Shown: piece after piece, positions 63,232 through 64,000 of the stretch
How the letters are laid out: each line of letters opens with the position of its first letter
Numbering within the stretch: position 1 is the stretch's first letter
Assembly: GCA_030390025.1 (NCBI GenBank)
Contig: CM059433.1
Location: 31,932,001-31,996,000, forward strand
DNA from: Squalus acanthias
Taxonomy: Eukaryota
Direction of reading: 5' to 3'
Length of the DNA: 64,000 nucleotides
Made by a program: the position numbers and the translations under genes
The notes under the pieces: model-generated
Told to the model about the DNA's origin: nothing
The model's input: the letters and a program-made list of their open reading frames with translations, nothing else
The model's database searches: none

Positions 63232-63418
63232 CTTAAGAACATAAGAAATAGGAGCAGGAGTGGGCCATTCGGCCCTTCAAGCCTGCTCTGCCTTTCAATA
63301 AGATCATGGCTGATCTTCTACCTCATCTCCACTTTCCTGCACTATCCCCATATCCCTTGATTCCCTTAATATTAAAAAATCTATCGATCTCTGTCTTGAA
63401 TATACTCAATGACTGACC
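63232..63418 (-). mobile_element. CR1 3' end fragment
   Basis: (TAAGAACA)n tail and GGAGCAGGAGTGGGCCATTCGGCCC. Confidence 0.85.
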
Positions 63419-63599
63419 CTTCTTCCAATGATGTGAGAGTGAATGGAGAGTGGAAAGTGGAAAGCCTGCAGACTCTGTGCCGGAAATGGACTGAGAAACA
63501 GCTTGTGGCTGAGGAATGTGATGATCTGTCAGGTGGGAGCTTTAACTGTACATTTGAAGCTGTCAACTAATCAGCTGGAGCAATGGCTACTGAACTCCC

Positions 63600-63877
63600 A
63601 CCTCAGGTTCACAGATGTGGTCCCTGAACAGCGTGGTTCCCGTGGCCATGACGTTAAAGTTAAAAAGTAAGTTAAAAAAGCCTGTTAAGTGTCTGTTAAG
63701 TACATTAGAATGCATTTAATTGGGTCACCCGCTACTGCCTGTCGGGTCTGCTCAGCGCTGACAGACCTGACATTGGGAAAGGTGCATTGCAGCGGGATGA
63801 CAGCAGGTTCCAGACCCACTGTCAAAAAAAAGACCCGTCACCAATCCCGCCCGCTGACCCCCCGGAAAATTCCGGCC
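63600..63877. mobile_element. Harbinger-like terminal fragment related to the end at 51299
   Basis: Ends CCGCTGACCCCCCGGAAAATTCCGGCC|AAT, an inverted homologue of GGCCGGAATTTTGCCGGCGCTCAGCGG. Confidence 0.6.
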
Positions 63878-64000
63878 AATGAATTTACAAAACAGAAACA
63901 GGCCATTCAGCCCAACAGGTCTATGATGGTGTTCAAGCTCCACACGAGCCTCTAGCCACCCCTCTTGATGTCTTCTTAAACTGTTTCCCCTGCCTCCTCC

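Overview
This is eukaryotic, repeat-dominated DNA, most likely from a cartilaginous fish (shark). The evidence is HE1/V-SINE and Deu-domain SINE copies plus abundant CR1 and L2 LINEs. Nearly all long ORFs are transposon-derived. The window holds a near full-length CR1 LINE (esterase ORF1, frameshifted APE+RT ORF2) and two almost identical young CR1 copies. It also holds a decayed two-gene PIF/Harbinger transposon with several related MITE families showing 3-bp TSDs, a 96-bp hAT-type MITE, and many nested insertions. Several phase-compatible small exons on the minus strand suggest the window lies inside a large-intron host gene that I cannot name. I found no prokaryotic system, CRISPR array, rRNA or bona fide tRNA, and no convincing novel multi-gene system. 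The most notable items are the Harbinger/MITE set, a perfect 31-bp-arm hairpin just upstream of the transposase, and the unidentified exon chain.
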